Origin: Mustelus asterias | Lineage: Eukaryota | DNA length: 64,000 nucleotides | Direction: 5' to 3' | Assembly: GCF_964213995.1 (NCBI RefSeq) | Contig: NC_135805.1 | Location: 22,816,001-22,880,000 of the forward strand | In this document: one piece after another, positions 13,037 to 23,735 of the stretch | Layout: each line of letters begins with the position of its first letter | Position numbering within the stretch: the stretch's first letter is position 1 | Notes under the pieces: model-generated | What the model saw: only the letters and a program-made list of their open reading frames with translations | What the model was told of the DNA's origin: nothing | Databases searched by the model: none | Program-made: the position numbers and the translations under genes

Positions 13037-15153
13037 CCATGACCTCCTGCTCTAGATTCCCTGCAAGAGGAAACATCCACTACATGTCTGCTTTGTCAGT
13101 CCCTGTTATCAGCTTGTACATCTCAGTTAGAGATCGCATTCTTCTGAAGGAGTATTGGCCTCAACTGCCCAATCTCTCTTTGTAAGACAAACCTCTCATT
13201 TCTGGAATCAAATCTTGTGGTGTAGGAAACGCATTGCAAATTTGCCAGGGTACATTTAATGGGACTGATCGGAAGAACATGTGAACAGTGTACCATTCAG
13301 CGATAAAGCATGTTCCGCAATTCAGTTAGAACAGAGTCACACATGCTTCGATGCTTTTCCAACATTGCATTAGTACCCGTGCACCAGTTTTTAGATTTGT
13401 GTACATGGATATCGAATTCCCTTTGCTCCCTACCCCAGTGTTCATGAATAAATTATTCATATTTATCTATCGCAGATCCAAGTGCGTAACCTTACACTTG
13501 CTCACATTAAACTGTGTCATAGCTTTTCACAGAGCCAAGTCTTTTGTGCTCCCACCATTACAGTTTCTAGCTCTTAAATTAATGTTATCTAATTTAAGTC
13601 CATAATATACATGGTGAAAAGCTGAGGTCACATTACAGATTCCTATGCAATGATATTTTACACATGTGGCAGTTCATTGCCTGGTGCTTGCAAAACTGAA
13701 GAAAAGGTATTGGGGTTGCTAGTTTCCATGAAAAATCGGCAGATATTTTCTTCCAGGCCTCTTTAATTCCTGTATTTGGGGGAACTTGGCTGATTTGTGT
13801 GTTAGACTGGCTCTTCAGAAATAACTTCCCCAATCCAGTTAATGATGAATGAATACCACTTTTCTGAAGTTTGATTATTCTACAAGTGAATCTTTGCTTG
13901 AAGTTTATAATCAATTCTTTTGTAACAGCCAAGATATGGCCACGGTTCCTTTGACCGTGACAGTTCCCATCTCCTTCTGTTGGTTACGCAGTCCTTTGTG
14001 TGGTAGTAAACTCTCAGGAGTTCAGTTGCTCGCATTGGTTCCTCCAGAAGCTTGCAGGTTTTTGTTGTGATAGAGAAGAAGTTAAACCAGAGAGTACCAT
14101 GACCTCCTGTTCTAGATTCCCTGCAAGAGGAAACATCCACTCCATGTCTGCTTTGTCAGTCCCTGTTATCAGCTTGTACATCTCAGTTAGAGATCGCATT
14201 CTTCTGAAGGAGTATTGGCCTCAACTGCCCAATCTCTCTTTGTAAGACAAACCTCTCATTTCTGGAATCAAATCTTGTGGTGTAGGAAACGCATTGCAAA
14301 TTTGCCAGGGTACATTTAATGGGACTGATCGGAAGAACATGTGAACAGTGTACCATTCAGCTGATAAAGCATGTTCCGCAATTCAGTTAGAACAGAGTCA
14401 CACATGCTTCGATGCTTTTCCAACATTGCATTAGTACCTGTGCACCAGTTTTTAGATTTGTGTACATGGATATCGAATTCCCTTTGCTCCCTTCCCCAGT
14501 GTTCATGAATAAATTATTCATATTTATCTATCGCAGATCCAAGTGCGTAACCTTACACTTGCTCACATTAAACTGTGTCATAGCTTTTCACAGAGCCAGT
14601 CTTTTGTGCTCCCACCATTACAGTTTATAGCTCTTAAATTAATGTTATCTAATTTAAGTCCATAATATACATGGTGAAAAGCTGAGGTCACATTACAGAT
14701 TCCTATGCAATGATATTTTACACATGTGGCAGTTCATTGCCTGGTGCTTGCAAAACTGAAGAAAAGATACTGGGATTGCTAGTTTCCATGAAAAATCGGC
14801 AGATATTTTCTTCCAGGCCTCTTTAATTCCTGTATTCAGATTTGGGGAACTTGGCTGATTTGTGTGTTAGACTGGCTCTTCAGAAATAACTTCCCCAATC
14901 CAGTTAATGATGAATGAATACCACTTTTCTGAAGTTTGATTATTCTACAAGTGAATCTTTGCTTGAAGTTTATAATCAATTCTTTTGTAACAGCCAAGAT
15001 ATGGCCACGGTTCCTTTGACCGTGACAGTTCCCATCTCCTTCTGTTGGTTACGCAGTCCTTTGTGTGGTGGTAAATTCTCAGGAGTTCAGTTGCTCGCAT
15101 TGGTTCCCCCAGAAGTTTGCAGGTTTTTGTTGTGATAGTTAAACCAGAGAGTA
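13037..15153 (+). repeat. ~1.06-kb internal duplication within the long units (13037-14096 and 14097-15153; equivalent pair at <1-575 and 576-1632)
   Basis: The same junction AACCAGAGAGTA|CCATGACCTCC occurs at 575 and 14096. It joins sequence that normally continues TCCCCGAG (1633) to sequence normally preceded by GTAAAA (6801). Confidence 0.9.
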
Positions 15154-16586
15154 TCCCCGAGATGTGAACCATTTCTGAAAATAAATCATTTGACTGGATC
15201 TGCAATGTATATAACATGCACAGCACAACTGGCAAGTGTTTGTTGTTCTATGACTTGTCTTCAGAACCTGAGACACTTGTGAATCACTCCTGAGAGTTGC
15301 GGTGGCTGTGGGGGGCAGGTAGCGACACGATTGGTTGTGCTTTAGGAAAATTGGGACAGAGAAATGTTTCCTTAACTGAATGCATTCTCTCAGTCCTAAA
15401 TAGCAAAGTTCATTGCTCGCTTAAGGTGCCTCTTTCTCAGATGTTTAAAATACACCTGATTTATGGCCATCTGAGCACACTGCTGGTAAATGGAATTAAA
15501 ATGAATTGTGTACCATCGTTGAAACTAACTGAGGTTTTTATCGTGGAGGCCCAGTGCTTGCAGCATCTTCAACTTGACAGTCTTAAACAGTTTCTGAAAA
15601 AACTGGAAAGGGTGGAAATGGTAAATATCTGTGTGTGACTTCTACAAAGTTAAAGCTGCTTGCTTTGTGAGTTGATGTCTGATTCTAGAGATTAAATTGG
15701 AATTAAAGGCTGTGTCTTTTTGTGGCTTGAATGTTTGAAATTGTATCTGAGACACAAGACAGCTTCATAAATTAGTAAGTACTGTATCACACTATGTATT
15801 TTATGGAGTATATGTTTTTACGGCCTCGACTCCCTTTTTGTGCCATTTCTCTATTCCTTGATCTCAGATGTTAGAATTTGAATTCAATTTTTTAAAACCT
15901 GGAATTCAAAATCTACTGATGACCATGAAACCGTTGTCGATTGTCAGAAAAACCCGATCTGATTTGCTAATGCCCTTTCGGAAGGAAATCTGCCATCCTT
16001 ACCCGGTGTGGCCTACATGTGACTCCAGAGCCACAGCAACGTGGTTGACTCTCAACTGCCCTCTGAAATGGCCTAGCAAGCCACTCAGTTCAAGGGCAAC
16101 GAGGGATGGGCAATAAATGCTGGCCAGCCAGTGACACCCATGTCCCACGAATGAATTTTTAATAAAAATGAAATATTTGGTTCTTGGGTTTCTTCTGGTT
16201 ACCATTTTGGTACTTTGAGTTTAAGATTACTCACTGGGCATTACCTGTGCCATGTGACATTTTCTTAAACCTCCTTTTGACAATGGTATCACATGTCCAA
16301 GGAGATCATTGTTGATTTACATTAAACTGTGACGATTTTTCAGAATGCACACCCCACCAGCGCACTTTGTGTTATCAGTATTGATTAGATTTGTTTTGAA
16401 TGATAGCAGAATCTAGCCTGGCATTAAAATGATGGAACAAGCAAATGCGTGAAGTTTCTGTGCAATGGGGTGTCAGGGGTGGTGGGAGGGAAGGTTAGTG
16501 GAAGTTCTCAATCTTGTCACATAAACGAATAGCTGTATCTCTTGAGCACAGTTTACTCTTTACACCAAAGCAGGGTTTCCAGAAGT

Positions 16587-16662
16587 CTTGCTGTGATGAT
16601 TTGTTAAGGTTTCGCTGTTTTGCTGACAAACCTGACGACACATCCTTGGCTGTCTGAGCAAG
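16587..16662 (+). ncRNA. SNORD53: SNORD53-type box C/D snoRNA, copy 3
   Basis: Identical to 3066-3141. Confidence 0.92.
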
Positions 16663-18142
16663 CTGGCTAATCCCTCGATTTGCTTTGGTGATGAGTAGCC
16701 ATTCAGGGTTAATTTAAAACAAAATGATAACCTTGCAGATGAAATGATGATTGTGTTTGTGTGACTGCCTGCCTTCCAAAATTGGCCCCTTCATTACTGT
16801 TACCCCTTCACCCTAATGTGCAGAAAATAAATAATACTATTTTATGCTATGTTGGTGGTGTAATTTTAATTAGATTCAACCTCAGTCATGGGAAGTCTCC
16901 CTCAATACTCTTGACAATAAAATAAAAGCAAAATATTGAGGTAAATAGAAAATTCTGGAAAAATTCAGCAGGTCTAGTAGCATCTGTGAAGAGAGAGAAA
17001 CAGCATTAATGCTTCAAGTCCAACATCACTCTTCTTCCAAACTCTTAGACCATGTGGGCACAGCTATGATAGATAGCTCAGTGACGCATACAAGCTCTTG
17101 GGTGAAGAATGTTCCCTTGTGTGAGATAGCAGAGGGCTGCTTCCATCTATCGCATTGTGCCCCCAGTGGATCTTAAATTTGATGCAGGGCACAGAGAGGA
17201 AGAAATCAGCATAATTCGAATGGGTTCTAGAGAAACAATTGGCTGCTTTATATTGGAATTCTGTAAAGTATATTAAGTGACACATTGGTTTTCCTGACCT
17301 TAGCTCCAGTTTGAAGAATTGCTGGTTTCATGACGGTGTTTGAGACTTTAAGCAGTTATATTGCAAGAGGTGCTTGGTCCAAGCAGGAGAAGACAAACTG
17401 CAAGCTAAACATGTCCAGGTGTAAAGTGATTAAAAATCAATGCTTAGATGCCCAGGGAGAAAGGAAGAGAGTTGAGCACTAAATCTAGCACGTAAAATCA
17501 ATCTATTTGTAAGCGTCTTTGAAATGAAACCCTGTGTGAAAAAGTTCTGTTTAATAATACTTGGAGTATTATGAACAACTGTGGGCACCAACCACACCTA
17601 ATGTAGTGCATATTGATCTTGGAGGGAGCGCAGTGTAGATTTGCCAAAATGATGCCTGGACTCTGAGGATTAAGCTGAGGAGTGATTGTACAAACTCGGG
17701 TTGTATTCTAATGAATTTAGAAGTTTATGGGATGATTCAGTTGACATTTTCAAGATGTGGGGGGAGTAGATAATACTAAACTATTTCTGTTGACTGGAGA
17801 GTATAGGAATGTGTGGCGTTATAGTATTAAAAATTAGAGCCACACATTTCAGTAGTGAAATCAGGAAACAGTTCAGTCAAAGAGTGATGGGAGTTTGGAA
17901 GGTCCCTCCACAAATGGCTAGATCAGTTACTGAGGTTGATAGATTTAAAAAAAAATTGAGTTCTGCATCATTGAATGGTGAAAATGCTTGAGGGGGGCTA
18001 AATGACCTACATCCTCTCTCCCCAAGCCCCAGTTGAAAATTAATCAGAAGAATTTGTTAATTTCTATAGTGTTGCAGCTTTATCTACATGTGCAACATTA
18101 AACCTAAAACACATGTTTCTTCCCCCCTCCCCTCCCAAACAG

Positions 18143-18263
18143 CAAATGGAAAGCTGAGAAAGGCAGCGTCAGTTGTCTTTGTCTCAGCCCCGATGGAAAG
18201 ATGTTGCTATCAGCGGGCCGTGGCATCAAACTATGGGACCTGGAGACCAAAGAAGTGTACAGG
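18143..18263 (+). CDS. WDR43: WDR43 exon-4 equivalent, copy 3
   Basis: Identical to 4622-4742, with intact splice sites. Confidence 0.9.
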
Positions 18264-19353
18264 GTGAGTACTTAAAACTCTGCTTCTGTGCAGTTTGCAT
18301 TGAGTTGTAATTTATTTGTGCCACAAGTGGTTTCTAATTTGGAAACACGTTTTGTATAGTGGGAGGATGACCAGGCTCCTGCTTTCTTTCCACAAGTCCC
18401 TATATTTTCCTCTGCTTCAAATATTAATTCAATGTTCCCTAAAAAGATCCTTCCCTCAACCAGTACCTGGGTCAAAGCATTCAGTCTTCCAACAGCCCTA
18501 CTGAAAAGAAACATTTTTGCTCTTTTTGGCTTTGAATTGATGACCCCTGATCCTCGTCAACAAGAGAAAGCAATCTTATTCCATTGTTCTTATCAAAACT
18601 CTTCCTAGTTCCAAGCACCTTTTAATTCTCCTTTGCTTCCTGCTCCAGTGCAGTAAGTTCCATTAATACATCTCTCCATTGCTGTAGCTTCCAACTCTGG
18701 CAGAATCCTGACTGTCTAGTGGCTTTGCAATTTCCATAATGTGCTCAAAACTGCACGCAATAGAACCATTGCTGGCTTTGAATTTATCATTGCTTCTTTA
18801 CTCCTAAAATTCACATATCAATGCTCGATCACAAGCTGCCGTTGGGTTTACTACGAGAGGGTAAGCCCGTGCCACCAGTTGTCTCTGCGAGGGTACAGAG
18901 ATGGGCCTTCTTGCTAGCTGCGTACAACTACTCCTTGCAGCATTGGCCAGGGAGGCAAATATCGAATGGGGGTGAACTCAGCTGCCTTCCTCTTCCGCAG
19001 ACCGTCCTGTCAACACTTGTACAACAAGAAATAATGATGTTGCGCCTGCTCAAGACATTGCCGGCCTCAGGTACCCATCTGAAAACTTGAACTGAGAGAG
19101 ACCCACTACTATCAAAAGTACAAGTTTGGCATTATGATAAGTCAGAGCAACTCAGACCCTACCTATTGCATAGGACAGAGATATAGTCAGGGTGACATGT
19201 TGTTGTGGGGGGCTCGTGTAATAGTGCCACCCTGGGGTAATGGCTTTTGCTACAGGAGATGCACACCCTGGACAAAGTAGGATGAAAACATTGGCCCAAA
19301 GCTGTGTCAAGTGGCCAGGCATTGCCAAAGGTCAAAAGAATGGTCAGCCCCCC

Positions 19354-19553
19354 NNNNNNNNNNNNNNNNNNNNNNNNNNNNNNNNNNNNNNNNNNNNNNN
19401 NNNNNNNNNNNNNNNNNNNNNNNNNNNNNNNNNNNNNNNNNNNNNNNNNNNNNNNNNNNNNNNNNNNNNNNNNNNNNNNNNNNNNNNNNNNNNNNNNNNN
19501 NNNNNNNNNNNNNNNNNNNNNNNNNNNNNNNNNNNNNNNNNNNNNNNNNNNNN
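19354..19553. other. Assembly gap (200 N, likely a placeholder of unknown true size)
   Basis: Run of exactly 200 N. Confidence 0.99.
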
Positions 19554-19639
19554 CTTGATCGCAGCTGCGTTTGGAGTTAGCTGAAGTTGGTCAGGAGCTG
19601 TTGTTAGTGCTGTTCAGTGAACTGTGCTCAATGTACAAG

Positions 19640-19880
19640 GCAAACCCTGCAAATTTCCTGTGACTCATCCATCTAACCTACACATCTTGGGACACAAAGG
19701 GCCAATTTAGCATGGTCATCAGCCTAACCCGCACATCTTTAGACTGGAGGAAACCGGAGCACCCGTGGGAAATCCACGCAGACACTGGAAGAATGTGCAA
19801 ACTCCACACACGCCCTAGGCCAGGATCAGATCCAGGTCCCTGGGCTGTGAGGCAGCAGTGCTAACCACTGTGCCAATGTG
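19640..19880 (-). mobile_element. HE1/V-SINE-like tRNA-derived SINE
   Basis: Reverse complement of GGCACAGTGGTTAGCACTGCTGCCTCACAGC...GGGTGCTCCGGTTTCCTCC. Confidence 0.85.
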
Positions 19881-20362
19881 ACTTACCCAAGCCTGAATGT
19901 TATCTAGGCCTTGCTGCATATGGACACAGCCTGCTTCATTATTTGGGTGGCTACAAATGGAACTGAATGAATGCTGGAATTATTTGGCTGCCAACACTGC
20001 CTGCAAGGTCCCACACTGACATTGAATGGCTGTGGGTGAAGTGTTAGAGGAGCTTCATGCGGGAGGAATAGCATTTAATTCTTTTAATATCAGATTATCG
20101 TGCTAAAATAATAGCTGAATGCTTTTTGCTGCTATATCCGGGCTGTCCTGAACATTTTCTATCTCCTCAATAGAGGGAGCTGTTGCTACTGCTCCAGCCT
20201 TTCCTGTATTTTAGTTGTAGTGAAGGTCTAGAGGTTTTGAAACCAATGTATCTTGAGGCAATGGAAACTGATTTGCACCGACTGTTATAGTTATAAATTG
20301 TAATAAGATTTATATACATTTGGCACACATTTAATGACTTTGTTTTGTCTGCATGTATGTAG

Positions 20363-20426
20363 TGCTGCGTTAATGGTCAAGTGGCTAAAGGCAGTCTTCA
20401 CCCTACATGCCTCCTATCTGTCTACA
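20363..20426 (+). CDS. WDR43: WDR43 exon (Utp12/Dip2 domain, fifth from last): (S)AALMVKWLKAVFTLHASYLST
   Basis: TAG acceptor, ACA|GTAAGT donor, 64 nt. Matches recalled human [22 protein letters not shown]. Confidence 0.93.
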
Positions 20427-20578
20427 GTAAGTAACATTGGTTTACTCAGCCTCAGCAGTATAACGAAAGACATGTTGAATGTTAGCTTTGATATCTCTGG
20501 GATCTTCAAACGCTAAATTCAGGAAACCTTTTTTGGTTTATAGCCTGTTGCTGGTCAGGTATGAAGGAACAAATAAGG

Positions 20579-20712
20579 TTGCATCTGTTGACAGACCTGA
20601 AGCACATTCCAGTGGCTTTCTGGTTCCTTATTATTAAGATGCAAGATCAATTTCTTCGCGCTTTCTGTCTGCTCTTCTAGTGGCAGTTTGGATTGAATAG
20701 AGGAAAACATAC
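20579..20712 (+). ncRNA. SNORA31: Box H/ACA snoRNA, SNORA31-like, copy A
   Basis: Hairpin 1 stem TTGCATCT/AGATGCA, H box AGATCA at 20644-20649, hairpin 2 pocket CGCGCTT/TTGAA, ACA at 20707-20709 three nt from the end. Shares GCATC..TGA.AGACC, GATGCAA, GCGCTTTCTGTCTG and GATTGAAT with recalled human SNORA31. Confidence 0.85.
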
Positions 20713-21126
20713 ATGAAAATGTACATCTTTATGATGTTATTGGGTTGTATCTTTTAAGTGTGTAACCATATCCACAGAAAGTATGGGCTCCATTTGAAAC
20801 CTCTTGGCTATCATAGGTATGTACGTGTTGGGTATCGATGTTCAGTGGGGCTTTAACTTTTCTGATTCTAAAGGAGTGATGCTTGGAGCAATGATGAACC
20901 ATCTCTTTAAAAAAAAAATTGGGTTTATACAGTTTAACTATTTAGAATCTGCTTTTGAGAATCTTGGGTGGGTGGCACTGTAGAAATTGTGGCATTACTT
21001 CCAAGTTTAGTTTGCTAATCTACAGGATTTACCATTCATGTATTGAAGTACTGTATTTATGATTAGAATTTCACAAAGTTCTGTAACTTTAGCTTGCACT
21101 GAAGTGGTTGATTTTACTCTCTGCAG

Positions 21127-21240
21127 CTGCCTAATCTTGTACCACAGCTCGGGGCCTTGTACCAGCTGATGGAGAGCAGGGTGAAAACGCTCCAAAAGCT
21201 TTCGCGGCTGCATGGCAAGCTCTTTCTTCTAGTTGCACAG
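21127..21240 (+). CDS. WDR43: WDR43 exon: [38 protein letters not shown]
   Basis: CTGCAG acceptor, CAG|GTAAGG donor, 114 nt, in frame with both neighbouring exons. Confidence 0.95.
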
Positions 21241-21669
21241 GTAAGGAGTGGATGTCTGGTGCTGTGGGCAGTTACTGAGTGCAAGTTATGCAGGGAATTG
21301 GAGGAGAATTCCAAAGATGGTATGCATATTTTACAACTGCCTGTGACTGTGAAAATCCACCTAACTTACATTTCCCTCACTGTTTTACTTGTATCATCAA
21401 ACACCACTTCACTTCTGAGGTGCAGGCTTATGATTCAGATATTTCATTTAGTGCCCCACAGTTGTATTTGGGGATCTCTCTGGCAAATGGCACTGGTAGG
21501 ATCTATATTGCTGTTCTATTGGTGCAACACACTGCCCCATCGGCAAGCTAAATGTATTCAGAATCATTCGTATGAATGTTAGAAACTAGAATTTCTTCTA
21601 AGTTGCTAAAGTTTGCCTTTGTTATGAGCATTCTTGTGAAACTGAGTAGCTGTGTTTGATATCCCTCAG

Positions 21670-21739
21670 GTTGCAGCATCCGATAAAGCTCAAGATGTAA
21701 ACCCTGTGAACCAGACAGCAAAGCTGGTTTATGAGGAAG
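21670..21739 (+). CDS. WDR43: WDR43 exon: VAASDKAQDVNPVNQTAKLVYEE(E)
   Basis: CCTCAG acceptor, AAG|GTAAGA donor, 70 nt. Contains the conserved AKLVYEEE motif. Confidence 0.93.
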
Positions 21740-22689
21740 GTAAGAGCTAACCTGTTGTTACTCTGTATCGATGCAATTGTTCTCCATGGTAATGTGTATC
21801 TTGTAGATCAATATGAAGTGGCAACAAGATATTAACAAGATGATGAAAAATTATTGGGGGTGAGACAGGAATGTGGGGTTGAGGTTGCAATTAGATCAAC
21901 CATGATCTTATTGATTGACAGAGCAGGCTGGAGGGGCTCCTAATTCGTATATTGCTGAGGTGCTTTGGAGGTCTTAAAAATGAACACTGAGTCAAAAGGG
22001 AACAGTGGCCAAATGGTCGAGTTTTTCTTGGGGGTCTTGAAAGGAATGAAGGGATGCAAAGAGACGTAGGGTGGGACCCAAGTTTGAGGCCTCGATGACT
22101 GAAGGTATCACTTGCAGTGGTGGTTTGAAATGAATTTAGGATGAGATTAGAAGGAGGTCCAGAAATAGTGAGAGACATGGTCATGAAGTGATTTGAAAGC
22201 AAGGTTGCCAATTTTAAATGAGTGCTGTGACATTGGTAGTCAATGTAACAAGGACAGGTGTGAAGGAAAGCAGGAGTTGGTGCAGAATAAGATATTGGCA
22301 GTTAGGTTCTAAACAAGTGATGATCATGAGATATCTGATGGGAAGCTGGTCAGGAGAACATTAGAACAGAAATATCTGGTGGTGACACGTTCATGGTTGT
22401 GATTTCAGCAACGTTTAGCTGAGGCAGAAAAAGGAAATGGTGATCTTCTGGAAGTATGCATAGGTGATCTTCATGGTGGATGGAATATGAGATTGGAAAC
22501 TTGGTTTGGGATTGCGTAGAAAACTGAGGTTGCTAAGAATTTGGTTCAGACTAAGGCAGTGACTGGGGAGGCTGATGTAATTAGCGGCACAAGTAAAGTT
22601 TGTAATGAAGCCCTCCATTGGCCTACATGAATAGGGAGTCGAGAGTAAATCTTTGATTCACTAGAAATAATAGTGGGGAGTGGGAAGAG

Positions 22690-22925
22690 AAGTTATTGCA
22701 AGTTTTTTACTCAGACGGTGGTGGTTGCCTGGAACTCACTGCCAGGAGAGGTAGTGGAAGTAGATAGTGACTTTTAAGGGGTGTCTTGACAAATACATGA
22801 ATAGGATGGGAGTAGAGGGATATGGTCCTCGGAAGGGTAGGGGATTTTAGTTCAGTCAGGTAGCATGGTCGGTGCAGGCTTGGACAGTTGAAGGGCCTGT
22901 TGCTGTGCTGTAATTTTCTTTGTTC
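22690..22925 (+). mobile_element. CR1 LINE 3' end fragment
   Basis: FFTQ.VV..WNSLP..VVE motif followed by a GAAGGGCCTGTT..TGTGCTGTA tail. Confidence 0.75.
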
Positions 22926-23061
22926 AATGACAAGGTTTTGTCACATGGTAAACTCATTTGAGGTACTTGGAATGATTAATAGCATTCTGTGAACAGGCTA
23001 GGGTTAGTGGTAAGTTGAAACTAGCTTATTGGGATGAGTGGAAAAGACTGAAAAAGGATAT

Positions 23062-23192
23062 GTGCATCTCTTGACAGACCTGAAGTTCAACACTAACTTT
23101 TTGGGTTTATTCACTGAGATGCGAGATCAAATTTCTTTGCGCTTTCTGCCTGCCCCTTTAGTGGCAGCTCAGATTGAATAGAGAATACACGT
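23062..23192 (+). ncRNA. SNORA31: Box H/ACA snoRNA, SNORA31-like, copy B
   Basis: TGCATCTC/GAGATGCG stem, H box AGATCA at 23124-23129, pocket TGCGCTT/TTGAA, ACA at 23187-23189. Confidence 0.85.
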
Positions 23193-23735
23193 AACAGACA
23201 ACACTGTATTTATACTGTTAATCTGCTCCAACTACTTTCATTTCCAGTGTGTTCTCAATCAGTTGACTGAATCACCATTCTATTTTTTATATTCTACTTA
23301 AGAAATAAATGTAAATTAAGAAATGGAAGGGAGGGAGGAACTCAGGAAAATTCCAATCACCAGGGAAGTGGTACTGAGCAAATTGTTGGGTCTGCAGGCT
23401 GATAAATCCCCTGCTCTAGGTGGACTTCACCCCAAGGCCTTGAAAGGAAAATGGCTGATGAGATAGTTGATGCATTGATTTTAATTTTCCAAAATTCCCT
23501 AGATTTGGGGAAGGTTCCATTTGATTGGAGAATAGTAAACAAAACTCCTTTATTCAAAAAGGGAGAGAGACAAAAAGCAGGAAACTGCAAGCTAGTTAGC
23601 CTAACATCTGTCATTGGGAAAATGTTAGACGCCATTATTAAAGATGTTATAGCAGGGCATTTGAAAAAAAATCAAGGCAATAAGGCAGAGTCAACATGGT
23701 TTTGTGAAAGGGAAATCATGTTTATTGGAGTTCTT

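Larger units (their letters stand above)
1..19353 (+). repeat. Tandem array (macrosatellite-like segmental duplication), about 3 units, periods 6230 and 7291 bp, open at both ends (window start and gap)
   Basis: Identical ORFs recur at 1393/7623/14914, 3543/9773/17064 and 5300/11530/18821. Only a few single-base differences between copies are visible by eye. Confidence 0.97.

Noticed and set aside
115-18514. Recurring 60-113 aa ORFs in the tandem array as a multi-gene operon-like system
   Set aside because: They recur only because the DNA is duplicated. They have no recognisable domains, many use non-ATG starts, and the DNA is intronic or TE-derived.
19240-19584. ORFs containing runs of X
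   Set aside because: Artefacts of translating through the N gap.
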